Source of the DNA: a phage | Length of the DNA: 64,000 bases | Strand: one strand, 5' to 3' | NCBI GenBank assembly: GCA_025677605.1 | Contig: GCA_025677605.1_4110.1 | Shown: piece by piece, positions 26,193 through 35,801 of the stretch | Layout of the letters: every line of letters starts with the position of its first letter | Position numbering within the stretch: the stretch's first letter is position 1 | Translations under genes and position numbers: made by a program | The notes under the pieces: generated by a model | What the model was told of the DNA's origin: nothing | The model's input: the letters and a program-made list of their open reading frames with translations, nothing else | Database searches by the model: none

Positions 26193-27032
26193 TTATTTGT
26201 CCTGGGTATTTTCAGTAAATTTCTTCCACAGTAGTAATGTATTTTGACGAATTATTTCAATATGTCTTGAACTAAATTGTCTTTCATTATCGTCCCATAG
26301 TGCATCTGAATTCAAAAATGCCAGAAATACAAATGCAACATCTTCTCGTGGGACATTGAATACTGTATTGTTCGTACATACACGATCCATTGGTACAGGC
26401 ATACCACCAGTACGATCACTGTACTGTAAGTCACGTGCCACCAGATTTACATCTTTGACGAATTTATGATTGATATAAGGCTTCAGAACGTTAAGGAAGT
26501 CATTATATCCATTATTGTGGTCAATTTCAAACATTACATGTTCAGTATTGTCCGCGTCTTCACAGTCGTTATTATTGCTATTTTTGAAATCAAAAAACCT
26601 TTCACTCATTCTACTGGAGTTTGAAGATGAACAATTACGTATACCACCAGAACGGCGTTTAATATTTTCTAAATCTTCATCAGTACTGGAATAATAAGTA
26701 AGATCATATGAATCATTACCAATCATAATACGCTTAGTATAATGGTTATAAACTATAAAGTCATAATCTTTAATACCAAGTAACATGAACTGGAATACTA
26801 ATTCATCCGGTACATCAACGAGTGCATGTTCAAAGTCTTCATATCTGGAACGGAATACAACATCCTTAAATCCACGGTAGATAATAAAATTACCAAAGTC
26901 GAAATAATTTTCATGCATATGGACATTTTCATTTCTGATGTATTCAGACGAAGCTGGTGCAACACGGTCATCTTCTGATGCGTAATGATCGGTTTCTTTA
27001 ACATTAAAGTTGATAATAAAATTTAATTTCAT
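26193..27032 (-). CDS. hypothetical protein (279 aa)
   Basis: ORF-track ORF flanked by terminators on both sides. No motif recognised. Confidence 0.6.
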   Translation of the reverse strand: MKLNFIINFNVKETDHYASEDDRVAPASSEYIRNENVHMHENYFDFGNFIIYRGFKDVVFRSRYEDFEHALVDVPDELVFQFMLLGIKDYDFIVYNHYTKRIMIGNDSYDLTYYSSTDEDLENIKRRSGGIRNCSSSNSSRMSERFFDFKNSNNNDCEDADNTEHVMFEIDHNNGYNDFLNVLKPYINHKFVKDVNLVARDLQYSDRTGGMPVPMDRVCTNNTVFNVPREDVAFVFLAFLNSDALWDDNERQFSSRHIEIIRQNTLLLWKKFTENTQDK

Positions 27033-27044
27033 AGTGCCTCATAG

Positions 27045-27071
27045 ACAAAAAGGCCGAGAATATTCCCGACC
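27045..27071 (-). terminator. intrinsic terminator after 27087..27395
   Basis: Minus strand reads GGUCGGGA-AUAU-UCUCGGCC. The two G.U pairs would be C-A mismatches on the other strand, so the hairpin is strand-specific. It is followed by TTTTTGTC. Confidence 0.7.
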
Positions 27072-27086
27072 TTTTTTTATTATGTA

Positions 27087-27395
27087 TTAGTTTGAGGTTC
27101 CCCAGCAGTAGACTGGTTTCAAATTCTCAAGAGGATTAACTTCAGGTTTCAGTACTGTAACGCGAACTTCATAAGTACTTCCATCTGCACGAGTCATTGT
27201 TTCATAATGAATACTTTCAATGAACGTTTCATATTCTTCTTGTGAACGAGCACGAACTGCTGAAGAGTATTTCTTCTTAGTATCCGATTTTAAGGTAACA
27301 CTTACGAGTTCTGCTTCTTCGCCATTTTCAAGCTTGTTGAAATCAAACTCTGGTACACCTTCAAACATATCAAATTTCATTCCGTTGTCTTCCAT
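27087..27395 (-). CDS. hypothetical protein (102 aa)
   Basis: ORF-track ORF. Confidence 0.6.
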   Translation of the reverse strand: MEDNGMKFDMFEGVPEFDFNKLENGEEAELVSVTLKSDTKKKYSSAVRARSQEEYETFIESIHYETMTRADGSTYEVRVTVLKPEVNPLENLKPVYCWGTSN

Positions 27396-27448
27396 TTTAA
27401 ATTCCTTTTATATAATGTTTAATTAGTTTGTTTTAATAATCGGAGATA

Positions 27449-27835
27449 TTACAGTACTTCGTATTGTAGTGTTCCGTGACGGAACTTCTCTAGTTGTGAT
27501 AGTACTTCTTTACGTTCAACAATCTCTGGTACTTCTTCTTGAAGTTGATTACACACTTCAACAATGAAATCCCAATCTGAATCACAATTCTGACGAACAG
27601 CTTCAATTGTTTTCCAGTCAGTACTGATTTCACCTTCGTCATTGCGATAGTTAGGCCATGCACGACCGTAGTCACCTACTGTTTTATCATTCAAAACACG
27701 AATTGCATTGAAAATCTGACCAGTACCAAAGAATTTAGTTTGTTTCATATCTTCTAAACAACATAGTTTTGGTTCACCTTGTACCTCGATGAGAAGTACA
27801 CCACCAATTGCTTTTAGAATAGAACTTGTATTCAT
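27449..27835 (-). CDS. hypothetical protein (128 aa)
   Basis: ORF-track ORF. Confidence 0.6.
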   Translation of the reverse strand: MNTSSILKAIGGVLLIEVQGEPKLCCLEDMKQTKFFGTGQIFNAIRVLNDKTVGDYGRAWPNYRNDEGEISTDWKTIEAVRQNCDSDWDFIVEVCNQLQEEVPEIVERKEVLSQLEKFRHGTLQYEVL

Positions 27836-27866
27836 CTTTATCTCCGTTTATCAAAAAGATGCGAAC

Positions 27867-27894
27867 ATTATATCATTGAATTGTCATATGTCCA
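27867..27894 (-). promoter_or_regulatory. sigma70-like promoter (TGGACA-N16-TGaTATAAT)
   Basis: Read on the minus strand in the 66-nt gap upstream of 27449..27835. Confidence 0.4.
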
Positions 27895-27901
27895 GATGAT
27901 T

Positions 27902-28204
27902 TTAGACAATATTTTCAATCCAATTTTCAAAGTCTTGAATTGCAAGGATGAACATATTCTCGTCTTGGAAGTCGAGGATGTGCTCGCTATATAGATAACT
28001 GATGTACTTACTGTCCTCTGTCTTTGTATTGTGCTTACAGTTCATGATAAGCATTTCAACAGCACGCTCATATGAACATGGATTCAAATACAATTTAGTA
28101 CCATCAGGGTGAACAACCTCTACTGCTCCTTCAGGAATAAAACGTTTCCCAGTATTAGGAGTATATGGTTGTGTCAAGAATTTAATTTCAAATTTAGTAT
28201 CCAT
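27902..28204 (-). CDS. hypothetical protein (100 aa)
   Basis: ORF-track ORF. Confidence 0.6.
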   Translation of the reverse strand: MDTKFEIKFLTQPYTPNTGKRFIPEGAVEVVHPDGTKLYLNPCSYERAVEMLIMNCKHNTKTEDSKYISYLYSEHILDFQDENMFILAIQDFENWIENIV

Positions 28205-28224
28205 ACTAAATCTATCTCCATGTA

Positions 28225-29061
28225 TTAACTTACTCTTTCAATATTTTCGAGAATAGTATTAACTATACTCATCTTACCACCTAACTGTTGGTAAGTTTTC
28301 AACTTATTAACTATGCCTTTACGTAAGATATCAAGAATCTCGTACTGCTTAGGGTTCAGTACTAACTCTGCTTGAAATGCTGCCAGCGGATCAAAAATAC
28401 CAAGTAATGATGCATCAGGTACATCCAGTTCTAATGTAAACGAATGTCGGTATCCAGAGGTTATAGTGGCGATTGTTTTATCACCTGTACGAGTGATATC
28501 CAAATCACACATCACTGGACGCCCATCTTCGGTGTTATATCTGAAAAAAGCAACACTACGCATAATAATCCCGTCTGATGACAAACGTTCTTGGAGTGTG
28601 ATGTTGCTTTCTTCTGTACCTTGTGTTAGACGGAAAGTTGTTTCAAATGATCGTACATTATTTTCGACAGTATATTTTGCAAATCTATCAGTACTACGAA
28701 CTGAAACTATACCACTGGCATTAATTCTACGATTAAAAACTATATCATTAATCGTGGTATCTCGGTAACGAATTGTATCTTCTGACTTGTAATAATGGAC
28801 TGATGGTGTGTTGAATATTTCAGACTTAAGATCTGAATCATATTCGTATGATAGTGAAGTTTCATAAGTCTCATTATTACGAATATTAATATCTAGTGTC
28901 GAAGGACGGATATTGTTTTTTACAGAAACAGTATGTCCTGTAATGTTATAAACATCATAAGATTCTCCATTTGCTGTTTTTACTGCACCAAATGTTTCAG
29001 GATTCTCAGATAGAATCTTGATATGATCAAGTACTGAATACTCTTTGAAGTTTAAGAACAT
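28225..29061 (-). CDS. hypothetical protein (278 aa)
   Basis: ORF-track ORF with GAGGAAA before the ATG. PLAAFQAELVLNP is only faintly family-B-like. Confidence 0.6.
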   Translation of the reverse strand: MFLNFKEYSVLDHIKILSENPETFGAVKTANGESYDVYNITGHTVSVKNNIRPSTLDINIRNNETYETSLSYEYDSDLKSEIFNTPSVHYYKSEDTIRYRDTTINDIVFNRRINASGIVSVRSTDRFAKYTVENNVRSFETTFRLTQGTEESNITLQERLSSDGIIMRSVAFFRYNTEDGRPVMCDLDITRTGDKTIATITSGYRHSFTLELDVPDASLLGIFDPLAAFQAELVLNPKQYEILDILRKGIVNKLKTYQQLGGKMSIVNTILENIERVS

Positions 29062-29077
29062 TTACATTTCCTCGGAC

Positions 29078-29105
29078 AAAAAATTAGTCGAGATAAAATC
29101 TCGAC
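29078..29105 (-). terminator. hairpin plus T-run overlapping the last codons of the 45-aa ORF
   Basis: Minus strand reads GTCGAGA-TTTTA-TCTCGAC (7-bp stem, encoding SRFYLD), then TAA and TTTTTTG. Confidence 0.6.
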
Positions 29106-29221
29106 TGGTGTTTAATTTTTCCATTTTTTGCAGCTTTCTTGCGGTCCACGTGCACTTGAGCCTTATTAAACTCATTACAGTGCTTTGCAACAAAGTTGTT
29201 TACTTTAGATTTCTTAGCCAT
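29084..29221 (-). CDS. small basic protein (45 aa), possible ArfA-like ribosome-rescue factor
   Basis: Hand-translated (below the ORF-track cutoff): MAKKSKVNNFVAKHCNEFNKAQVHVDRKKAAKNGKIKHQSRFYLD. It fills the gap between two genes. Loose similarity to the ArfA core (N.x.A....F...V...KKGKG..RK.KH), and like arfA it has a hairpin inside the 3' coding end. Confidence 0.35.
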   Translation of the reverse strand: MAKKSKVNNFVAKHCNEFNKAQVHVDRKKAAKNGKIKHQSRFYLD

Positions 29222-29223
29222 AA

Positions 29224-29697
29224 TTACTCCAGGTCTGGATCTTTCACTGTAAGGCTCTCGATATCACTTGCATATAGAACTACGTTGACTTGCTTCTCAG
29301 ATACTTTAAAGTCATGATAACTATCTTTGATTATGAAGTTGTCAAGTAGAAAACCCTTGGTAACGCACATCATAATTTTATCGTCTTTAATAGTATATGT
29401 ATTTTTCTTCTTATGCACTTCACTCTGTGGTGTGATAGAAGGATCATTACGAACAACACAATCAATATATTCTTCATTCGTATTCATTGGTATACCCATT
29501 ATAAATGAGTTTTCAGTACTGATAGTTAGTATAAAAATATTAGTACGTGGGCAATGGAAATGTTCATACATTGACTTGCTGCACAAGAAAAGGCATTGGA
29601 TAATGTCTCTTACGTTAAACATTATATCATGCACTTTGAAAGCGTCCAACTCTAAAATGTCATCAATCTTTCCGTTTTCAACAGTTTTAATCTCCAT
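29224..29697 (-). CDS. hypothetical protein (157 aa)
   Basis: ORF-track ORF. No family motif. Confidence 0.6.
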   Translation of the reverse strand: MEIKTVENGKIDDILELDAFKVHDIMFNVRDIIQCLFLCSKSMYEHFHCPRTNIFILTISTENSFIMGIPMNTNEEYIDCVVRNDPSITPQSEVHKKKNTYTIKDDKIMMCVTKGFLLDNFIIKDSYHDFKVSEKQVNVVLYASDIESLTVKDPDLE

Positions 29698-29737
29698 GAT
29701 CTATCCTTGATCGTCATCGCACATCCATGTGCTGGTG

Positions 29738-30238
29738 TTACGACACAGCGTTTTCGTAATATTCTATTGCTTCCGAGATATTTTGAATTGCCTGTGCCTT
29801 TAATGATTTGTTATAGCGACCAGTAAATGAACCTAAATTCTTAATGAGATCAAGAAATAATGGAAGTACTTCAGATGTATCAGTAAAATCACACTGATAT
29901 AAAGTTCCCATCTGGAACAATTCACCGCCGTCTACGCACAACGTGTTAAAGTCTTTTTGTACTCCCTTTTCTTCATTGAAAATGAAATACGAAGTCCCCA
30001 TGTGGTGAAGATAAACACCATGTTCATCCTGAACGTGGCAGGGGGTAATACACATCGCCGTATTGTCAATATTATTTACTATCGTCAAACGGAGGCTATG
30101 TAATCCGAAAACTACAGTACTATTGAGTGTACTGCATTGTAAATGGTCATTGGTGATAGTAACTTTACTTGTCCTTTTGTCATCGAATGAACGCATAATC
30201 AAAGAAATGCAAAGTTTCATATCAGTTGTTAGTTTCAT
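29738..30238 (-). CDS. family B (FQxS) protein, variant core
   Basis: GGELFQMGTLYQ (Ser replaced by Gly). Confidence 0.6.
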   Translation of the reverse strand: MKLTTDMKLCISLIMRSFDDKRTSKVTITNDHLQCSTLNSTVVFGLHSLRLTIVNNIDNTAMCITPCHVQDEHGVYLHHMGTSYFIFNEEKGVQKDFNTLCVDGGELFQMGTLYQCDFTDTSEVLPLFLDLIKNLGSFTGRYNKSLKAQAIQNISEAIEYYENAVS

Positions 30239-30680
30239 CTAAAATACCCTTAATATGTTTGATTAAATTGACTAGTACTGATTTATCAAATGGATTATTT
30301 AGACCAATACACTCGTACTGGAATAAGTCACCATCAAGAATAACATCTAAATCAATATCTAACTTCTTATTGTTGGTATCAAACATAGTAACATTATCAG
30401 AAGAAACTGTCAACACTTTTTGTGAATTTTTAATCTTATTACTGATATAAACATCAATAAGTAATTTACTGTTCACTGTAACCGTTTCAAAGATGATTTG
30501 ACTAGTACCGTAAATGTATTTTACTGAATTATGTATTCGTGAATATTTTAATTTGTATAAATTAATACCATTGTACTTACATTTGGTATCAATTTTTAAT
30601 TTGCATGATAAGATAGCATTAACTAATTCATTTATATTAGTTAATCTTGTTTCGGCTATCGATAAAGTTGGTAAATTCAT
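30222..30680 (-). CDS. family B-like protein (divergent)
   Basis: DGDLFQYECIGL. Confidence 0.55.
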   Translation of the reverse strand: MNLPTLSIAETRLTNINELVNAILSCKLKIDTKCKYNGINLYKLKYSRIHNSVKYIYGTSQIIFETVTVNSKLLIDVYISNKIKNSQKVLTVSSDNVTMFDTNNKKLDIDLDVILDGDLFQYECIGLNNPFDKSVLVNLIKHIKGILDETNN

Positions 30681-31101
30681 TATGTAATACCTTTAGGCAT
30701 TGTAATGTTTCTGACATGATATTTGAATCGAACTCAATACTATCAAATTTGATAAATGTACTTTGTGTGAAGAAGGTAGATTCCACATCGGTTGAATAAA
30801 ATGATTCATCAAAGAGATTAGTACTGAACATACCAGTTTTCTTTTTAAAGAACATCATGAATTTTGAATTATAACGAATGACGGCTTCATCTTTATTGAT
30901 GATGATACGAGAAATCTGTGTTCTCGTTTGTGTGAGAATATTGATTTGGAAAACATTTTTCTTAACTTCAACAATATCAACCATATAACCATCCCCACTA
31001 TAAAAGTTACTTCTAACTTGGATTGGCTTTGATGTGATATTGATAATTGCGTCTTGAATAAAAAAGTTTACCGTATCAATGTTTCCTAAAATGTCTAACA
31101 T
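30637..31101 (-). CDS. family B-like protein (divergent)
   Basis: ESTFFTQSTFIK (one-residue insertion in the core). Confidence 0.5.
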   Translation of the reverse strand: MLDILGNIDTVNFFIQDAIINITSKPIQVRSNFYSGDGYMVDIVEVKKNVFQINILTQTRTQISRIIINKDEAVIRYNSKFMMFFKKKTGMFSTNLFDESFYSTDVESTFFTQSTFIKFDSIEFDSNIMSETLQCLKVLHNEFTNFIDSRNKIN

Positions 31102-31619
31102 AAATTCTCCTTAATAGCTGTCATATTTACGAGAAATTCTTCAAGTACTTCCTCTGTAATACGCTCTGTATACCAGAATATCACAATATCTTTTGAAAGA
31201 CGAACATTCATAAAAATATCTACTAACTCTCTGTAGTACTCTAGAGTTTCTATATCTTTTAGAATTAGTGAGTACTGAAACATAGATTCTTCAGTTAACT
31301 TAAATTCTGGATATAGTAATTCGTTAAATTCAATTGATTCAATCTGTACTTTTATTCCTTTGAAGTTATTGGTTATACAACCTGAATAATTATTTCGGTA
31401 CAACGCGGCATAATCCATGAATTTTGCTTTGTGATTAAAATCAAGAACAGTTTCACCTTTATATGACAATCGGTGGAACGCCGAGAACCTTGTAATTTCC
31501 CACGGTTGCTTAATATCTAGTTCTGTAATATCAATTTGATTGTGCATAAGATCTGTGAAAATCTCACCAATCTTCAATAGTAACTTAGTACGTACCAGTA
31601 CTGTCATTGAATCAGTCAT
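31095..31619 (-). CDS. family B (FQxS) protein
   Basis: TEESMFQYSLIL. Confidence 0.65.
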   Translation of the reverse strand: MTDSMTVLVRTKLLLKIGEIFTDLMHNQIDITELDIKQPWEITRFSAFHRLSYKGETVLDFNHKAKFMDYAALYRNNYSGCITNNFKGIKVQIESIEFNELLYPEFKLTEESMFQYSLILKDIETLEYYRELVDIFMNVRLSKDIVIFWYTERITEEVLEEFLVNMTAIKENLC

Positions 31620-32038
31620 TATACACCTTCATATTCATCAAGAAAATCTTCGATAATCATTTCAGCTTCATCCATATGCATAGCATCAACTTCAACAATA
31701 CGAACTTTAGATGTATCCCAAATCATATAACTAGGAACATTGTCCGGCTCGTATTCATTTTTGTACTGAACTGCATCGTAACCTTCAGTATCACAATACT
31801 CAATAAGTGATCGCCATTCGTCATCACTACCCATATCCTCACACAGAAGCACGTTATCAACGTCAACTTCTAAGGTATGCAAGTACACCGTGTCAGCATC
31901 AACAACGTTCAGTGGGCTTCTCAGCTTGCGTAACGCAGCCTCAAGAGCACTATGCTTCCCTCCCATATGTAAACCACCATAAGGAATGTAGAAGTTGTCA
32001 ATTTTAACAGTACTTGCATGGTATAGAATCATCATCAA
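31619..32038 (-). CDS. hypothetical acidic protein (139 aa), not family B
   Basis: ORF-track ORF. N-terminus ILYHAST...GGLHMGG. No confident assignment. Confidence 0.6.
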   Translation of the reverse strand: MMMILYHASTVKIDNFYIPYGGLHMGGKHSALEAALRKLRSPLNVVDADTVYLHTLEVDVDNVLLCEDMGSDDEWRSLIEYCDTEGYDAVQYKNEYEPDNVPSYMIWDTSKVRIVEVDAMHMDEAEMIIEDFLDEYEGV

Positions 32039-32634
32039 TCCTCAGTGAGAATACAGTTCAGGTACGAACACAGTTCATCGTAGAAGAGTTTGTCCAGTAC
32101 TGTAAGGTAACAGATACCGTTCTCTTTCATTGCAGCCTGTATCTTATCATAACCATTCACTGTGTCAAGGATTTCTTGATAAGATAATGCATCATCATTA
32201 ACAGTACTACTCTGGAATGCCATTTCTTCTATGTTATCGATGGGTTCCTCATCGGAATTTAAGAAGCCTCCATTTTGATATATAATGTAATCTTCATTCC
32301 ATGATTTAGTGAAACGGAGCAGGATAGGTTCATTAGCGAACATTTCGATATCACCACTTTCAATGTCGTATGAACAATATAGATTACAGTCTTCATCTAT
32401 GAATTCTGCCATAAAGATTGCAGTTCGAGAACCATCATATACATAAACTCCAGTTTTGTTCATCTCAACATCAACTGCCATTCCATTTTTGAATTGCATT
32501 CGAATCGTGATTTTAAGACTTTGGAGTATGTTATTTTCTGTATCTTTAACACTATACAATCCACGATATCGTAACCACAAATCTTTGATAGTACTTAAAG
32601 AATTGATTAAGTCTTCATTGGGATCTTTTTTCAT
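32035..32634 (-). CDS. family B (FQxS) protein
   Basis: IEEMAFQSSTVND. Confidence 0.65.
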   Translation of the reverse strand: MKKDPNEDLINSLSTIKDLWLRYRGLYSVKDTENNILQSLKITIRMQFKNGMAVDVEMNKTGVYVYDGSRTAIFMAEFIDEDCNLYCSYDIESGDIEMFANEPILLRFTKSWNEDYIIYQNGGFLNSDEEPIDNIEEMAFQSSTVNDDALSYQEILDTVNGYDKIQAAMKENGICYLTVLDKLFYDELCSYLNCILTED

Positions 32635-33248
32635 TCAGGTATTACCATATTGTTAATTAGTGTTTCTTTCTTGATGCAATCAGGCTTGATATAAATGAAC
32701 ATCTTTCGTAGACTCTTCACTTTGTACCAATCATTCAGTACTGAAACCATAAGCCATAATTCTTCTGGTGTAGTGGTAACCTCTGTGATTACACCCATCT
32801 GAAACAATGCACCCTTACAATCTTCAAGTGATTTCAGATCAGTCTTATACCCAGATTCAATATCCATTAGTGTTTTAGTTTTGGCATCATATGTGATGAA
32901 CGATTCTTTTAGCGTTTTTCTTCCATCATTTAAGGTTAAAAACACTGGATTACCTGGACTAAACATGCACTCTTCAAATTCAGGAAATAAATCATGTGCT
33001 TCTTCATCATCGTCTTGGGTTAATTCCAGTACTAATTCATCTGTATAGATATTACAAATCCCAACGCTATATCTATTATACAGCGTTGTATATTGTGTGG
33101 GTTTTCCCTTTTTTGATAGCTTGAGTTCACTTTTCGGACCGTACTTGTCAAATAGTGTTTGTTTAGCTCTAATTAAATCTGGTGCAATGTTTAGTAAATC
33201 ACGTAGTGCTTTCTCGTACTTAACATACTCTGTTCTAATGTTAGTCAT
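32631..33248 (-). CDS. family B protein, variant core
   Basis: KGALFQMGVITE (same FQMG variant as 29738..30238). Confidence 0.6.
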   Translation of the reverse strand: MTNIRTEYVKYEKALRDLLNIAPDLIRAKQTLFDKYGPKSELKLSKKGKPTQYTTLYNRYSVGICNIYTDELVLELTQDDDEEAHDLFPEFEECMFSPGNPVFLTLNDGRKTLKESFITYDAKTKTLMDIESGYKTDLKSLEDCKGALFQMGVITEVTTTPEELWLMVSVLNDWYKVKSLRKMFIYIKPDCIKKETLINNMVIPE

Positions 33249-33780
33249 TGTAACCCTCTAAAAAATAATCTAATGTATCAAGTACATCACTATCAAAAAA
33301 ACAATTATTAACTACAACGATACCAGTATTATGTTCTAAATCATAACATTTATCCAGTACATTGATGCATTCATTGTACTCAATGATATCATGAAGAGTA
33401 CTGTGCTGAAAGTGTTCTTCTTCAGTGTACTCACAGTAATTAATATCAACACTGAACGATTGGTCGTTTCTTTTGCACGGATATAATTTAGTAGACTTTC
33501 GTCCAGACCATGTAATTGAATAACAACCAATCGAATTCTGTGGGATTTGTGTACCAGCATGAAGCATAATGTACAGAGCTTGCGAACTGTATGATTCAAC
33601 GTACAAACGGTTCTTATCTGCATTCATAACACAACCATCAATTGACATGCTTAGTGAATGTGACATTCTACTGGCTTTCCTGATGCCACGGCAGAAATTA
33701 ACATAACGCTGACGTAAGCTGTTAACTTTCTCAGGCCATAGCTCAAATTCTTTAGTATTTGATAATGTTGCAATGTGCAT
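33241..33780 (-). CDS. family B (FQxS) protein
   Basis: TEEEHFQHSTLHD. Confidence 0.65.
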   Translation of the reverse strand: MHIATLSNTKEFELWPEKVNSLRQRYVNFCRGIRKASRMSHSLSMSIDGCVMNADKNRLYVESYSSQALYIMLHAGTQIPQNSIGCYSITWSGRKSTKLYPCKRNDQSFSVDINYCEYTEEEHFQHSTLHDIIEYNECINVLDKCYDLEHNTGIVVVNNCFFDSDVLDTLDYFLEGYND

Positions 33781-33782
33781 TA

Positions 33783-34385
33783 TTATTCCTTAATAACTGG
33801 TATAGCAGACCAAATTCGTTTCATTAGTTCATCTTCTAATACCACATCAGTACTGATCTTTTTGTAGTTCATTGATAATAGAAAATTACATTTCAGTTCT
33901 GATTTTAATTTTTCATAAAGATCAATGTTCATATACATTTCTTCATACGAAGGTAAAGAATGAATTAATGAATTTTGAAAATACCATTCTTCGCTGAAAT
34001 CTTTCACTTCAACACTTTTGATATTCTTAAATGAATCCTTATCAAAATAATATGAAACATCAGAACCATTATAATGTGAAAATGTTTTGAATAATTTTAT
34101 TTCATTTGTTCTACGAAGAATTCTTTCATAGGACAGAATTTTACTATCTTCTAATTCACCATGAAGTATCAGTGAAATATCAAAATCATTTGCAAGTCCA
34201 GCACCAAGGCGTTTGAATGCTAGTGTAATTCGTTGTTCACATGCCGAGATTTCAATCCTGTAAAAATCAGTTGCATACGTTAACATAGAGTATGGGAGAT
34301 GCAACTTTTCATTATTAGAAATACTTTTAGCTAACGTAATGACAGGGTTAAGCATTTTATTAAGAATAGGCATGTCAATGATCAT
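33783..34385 (-). CDS. family B (FQxS) protein
   Basis: SEEWYFQNSLIHS. Confidence 0.65.
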   Translation of the reverse strand: MIIDMPILNKMLNPVITLAKSISNNEKLHLPYSMLTYATDFYRIEISACEQRITLAFKRLGAGLANDFDISLILHGELEDSKILSYERILRRTNEIKLFKTFSHYNGSDVSYYFDKDSFKNIKSVEVKDFSEEWYFQNSLIHSLPSYEEMYMNIDLYEKLKSELKCNFLLSMNYKKISTDVVLEDELMKRIWSAIPVIKE

Positions 34386-34386
34386 A

Positions 34387-34890
34387 TCATAATTCTCTTA
34401 GTTTTTTCAATACATAGTGTAGTACTTCATCTTCATTTACATACGATGTGTACATGAGAAATTTGCAACAAGTACTGTTAAGATAGCACATGTAGGTGAA
34501 CATTGCACTATAATTATTCACAGTACTGTTCTGAAATTCAACTTCATCAATTTCACCCAATGATACAGGTCGCATGTTGCAATCTACACCATCAATTTTT
34601 ACAACAGTAGTTCCTGGATGAAAGACTGCGGATTGTGAACCTATGGTGCTTGTATCGAAACTTGGTGCATCATAGATAGGACTATTGCTATCAAAGAGCA
34701 TGAAAATGTCATGGTCTAAACCTCTTTTCTGCTCAAATACAACTCGGATCATACCATCTTTTTGTATTTTAAGAATAATATCTGGAGCCAGTTCGAATCG
34801 ACCATATTGTTCATTGATATATTTTTCTTCAAGAATTTTATGCAATTCCACAAAGTCTTTAGTACTAAAGTGTTCCATCATATCCCTCAA
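34387..34890 (-). CDS. family B (FQxS) protein
   Basis: IDEVEFQNSTVNN. Confidence 0.65.
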   Translation of the reverse strand: MRDMMEHFSTKDFVELHKILEEKYINEQYGRFELAPDIILKIQKDGMIRVVFEQKRGLDHDIFMLFDSNSPIYDAPSFDTSTIGSQSAVFHPGTTVVKIDGVDCNMRPVSLGEIDEVEFQNSTVNNYSAMFTYMCYLNSTCCKFLMYTSYVNEDEVLHYVLKKLREL

Positions 34891-35323
34891 CTAATTTTGT
34901 AATTTCTGCTCTTCGTACATCAATGTCATGAGCAAATGATATGGATGTGAAACCACGTTCCGCTGCAATGGCTCTCAACTGTAGGAGAAGTAATAACGGA
35001 TATATCACTTCATCAGAATACAAAGTACTTAATTGAAATATGGTTGCTTCATCAATCTCAGTACTTAAATCTATACTTTTAATATCAATGATTAACTGTG
35101 TATTGAAATACCATACATTGTCATTGACATAATCTATAGTAGTATTATCCATTACACTATAATCAATGTATCTTTCATTTGACCATAATGTCATCATATC
35201 ATCGCCGTCCGATGGATAGCTTACGTCAAACCATGAACCTGATTTTCGAGCTTTACCATTATCCAGTTCATTGAGGCAGTACTGGATTAACTTTTTCAGT
35301 AATTCGTAATCGTCTTTATTCAT
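34865..35323 (-). CDS. family B (FQxS) protein
   Basis: DEATIFQLSTLYS. Confidence 0.65.
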   Translation of the reverse strand: MNKDDYELLKKLIQYCLNELDNGKARKSGSWFDVSYPSDGDDMMTLWSNERYIDYSVMDNTTIDYVNDNVWYFNTQLIIDIKSIDLSTEIDEATIFQLSTLYSDEVIYPLLLLLQLRAIAAERGFTSISFAHDIDVRRAEITKLVEGYDGTL

Positions 35324-35801
35324 TGCATTTCCAGAATATAGGATGTTTGTTAAGTGTTTGAAATATCATATCAAATGTAAATTTGTAATAAGAATAAACA
35401 CCGAAATTAATTGATATAGAATTTAAATTAGTTTCATGCACCATAGCACTATGTATCAGAACTGCATTTCTATGAAACTCATTATCAAGGCTCAATTCAG
35501 CCATAAAATCATCTAAAGTTCTGTCGCCGTTCTTTTTCTCGTATATGATTTCACCACTTGGTTCAATGAATACTGAACTTTCCCTTGATAGGATCATGAT
35601 TCGTTTCTCAATGACATTTTGAGATTCTTGACAGTTGAGTTCACAAAATGTCCATGAGCCACAGAACACAGCGATAATGTCGTTGTTTTTCACGAAGTTA
35701 AAGGGAATGCCATCAATCATTATCTGTACTTCGTGCACAAATTTATGAGAATACTTCTCAAGAATTTTACAAAATTTAATAACGTCTGCTGGATTTAACA
35801 T
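35316..35801 (-). CDS. family B-like protein (degenerate core)
   Basis: SLDNEFHRNAVLIHS at the equivalent position. Confidence 0.5.
   Translation of the reverse strand: MLNPADVIKFCKILEKYSHKFVHEVQIMIDGIPFNFVKNNDIIAVFCGSWTFCELNCQESQNVIEKRIMILSRESSVFIEPSGEIIYEKKNGDRTLDDFMAELSLDNEFHRNAVLIHSAMVHETNLNSISINFGVYSYYKFTFDMIFQTLNKHPIFWKCNE

Noticed and set aside
30390-30430. Good sigma70-like matches inside coding sequence, for example TTGACA-N17-TACTAT on the minus strand around 30380-30413, and TTGACA-N17-AGTTAT near 29339.
   Set aside because: In AT-rich DNA such matches arise often by chance. They lie within ORFs with no downstream SD/ATG arrangement, so only the intergenic examples were reported.
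31619-32038. N-terminal ILYHAST...GGLHMGG of the 139-aa protein as an H-Y-E-type ADP-ribosyltransferase or Tpt1-like (LYHGT) signature.
   Set aside because: It rests on a single short motif at the extreme N-terminus. No downstream Tyr or Glu motifs could be placed, and the protein is shorter than those families. It is left as hypothetical.
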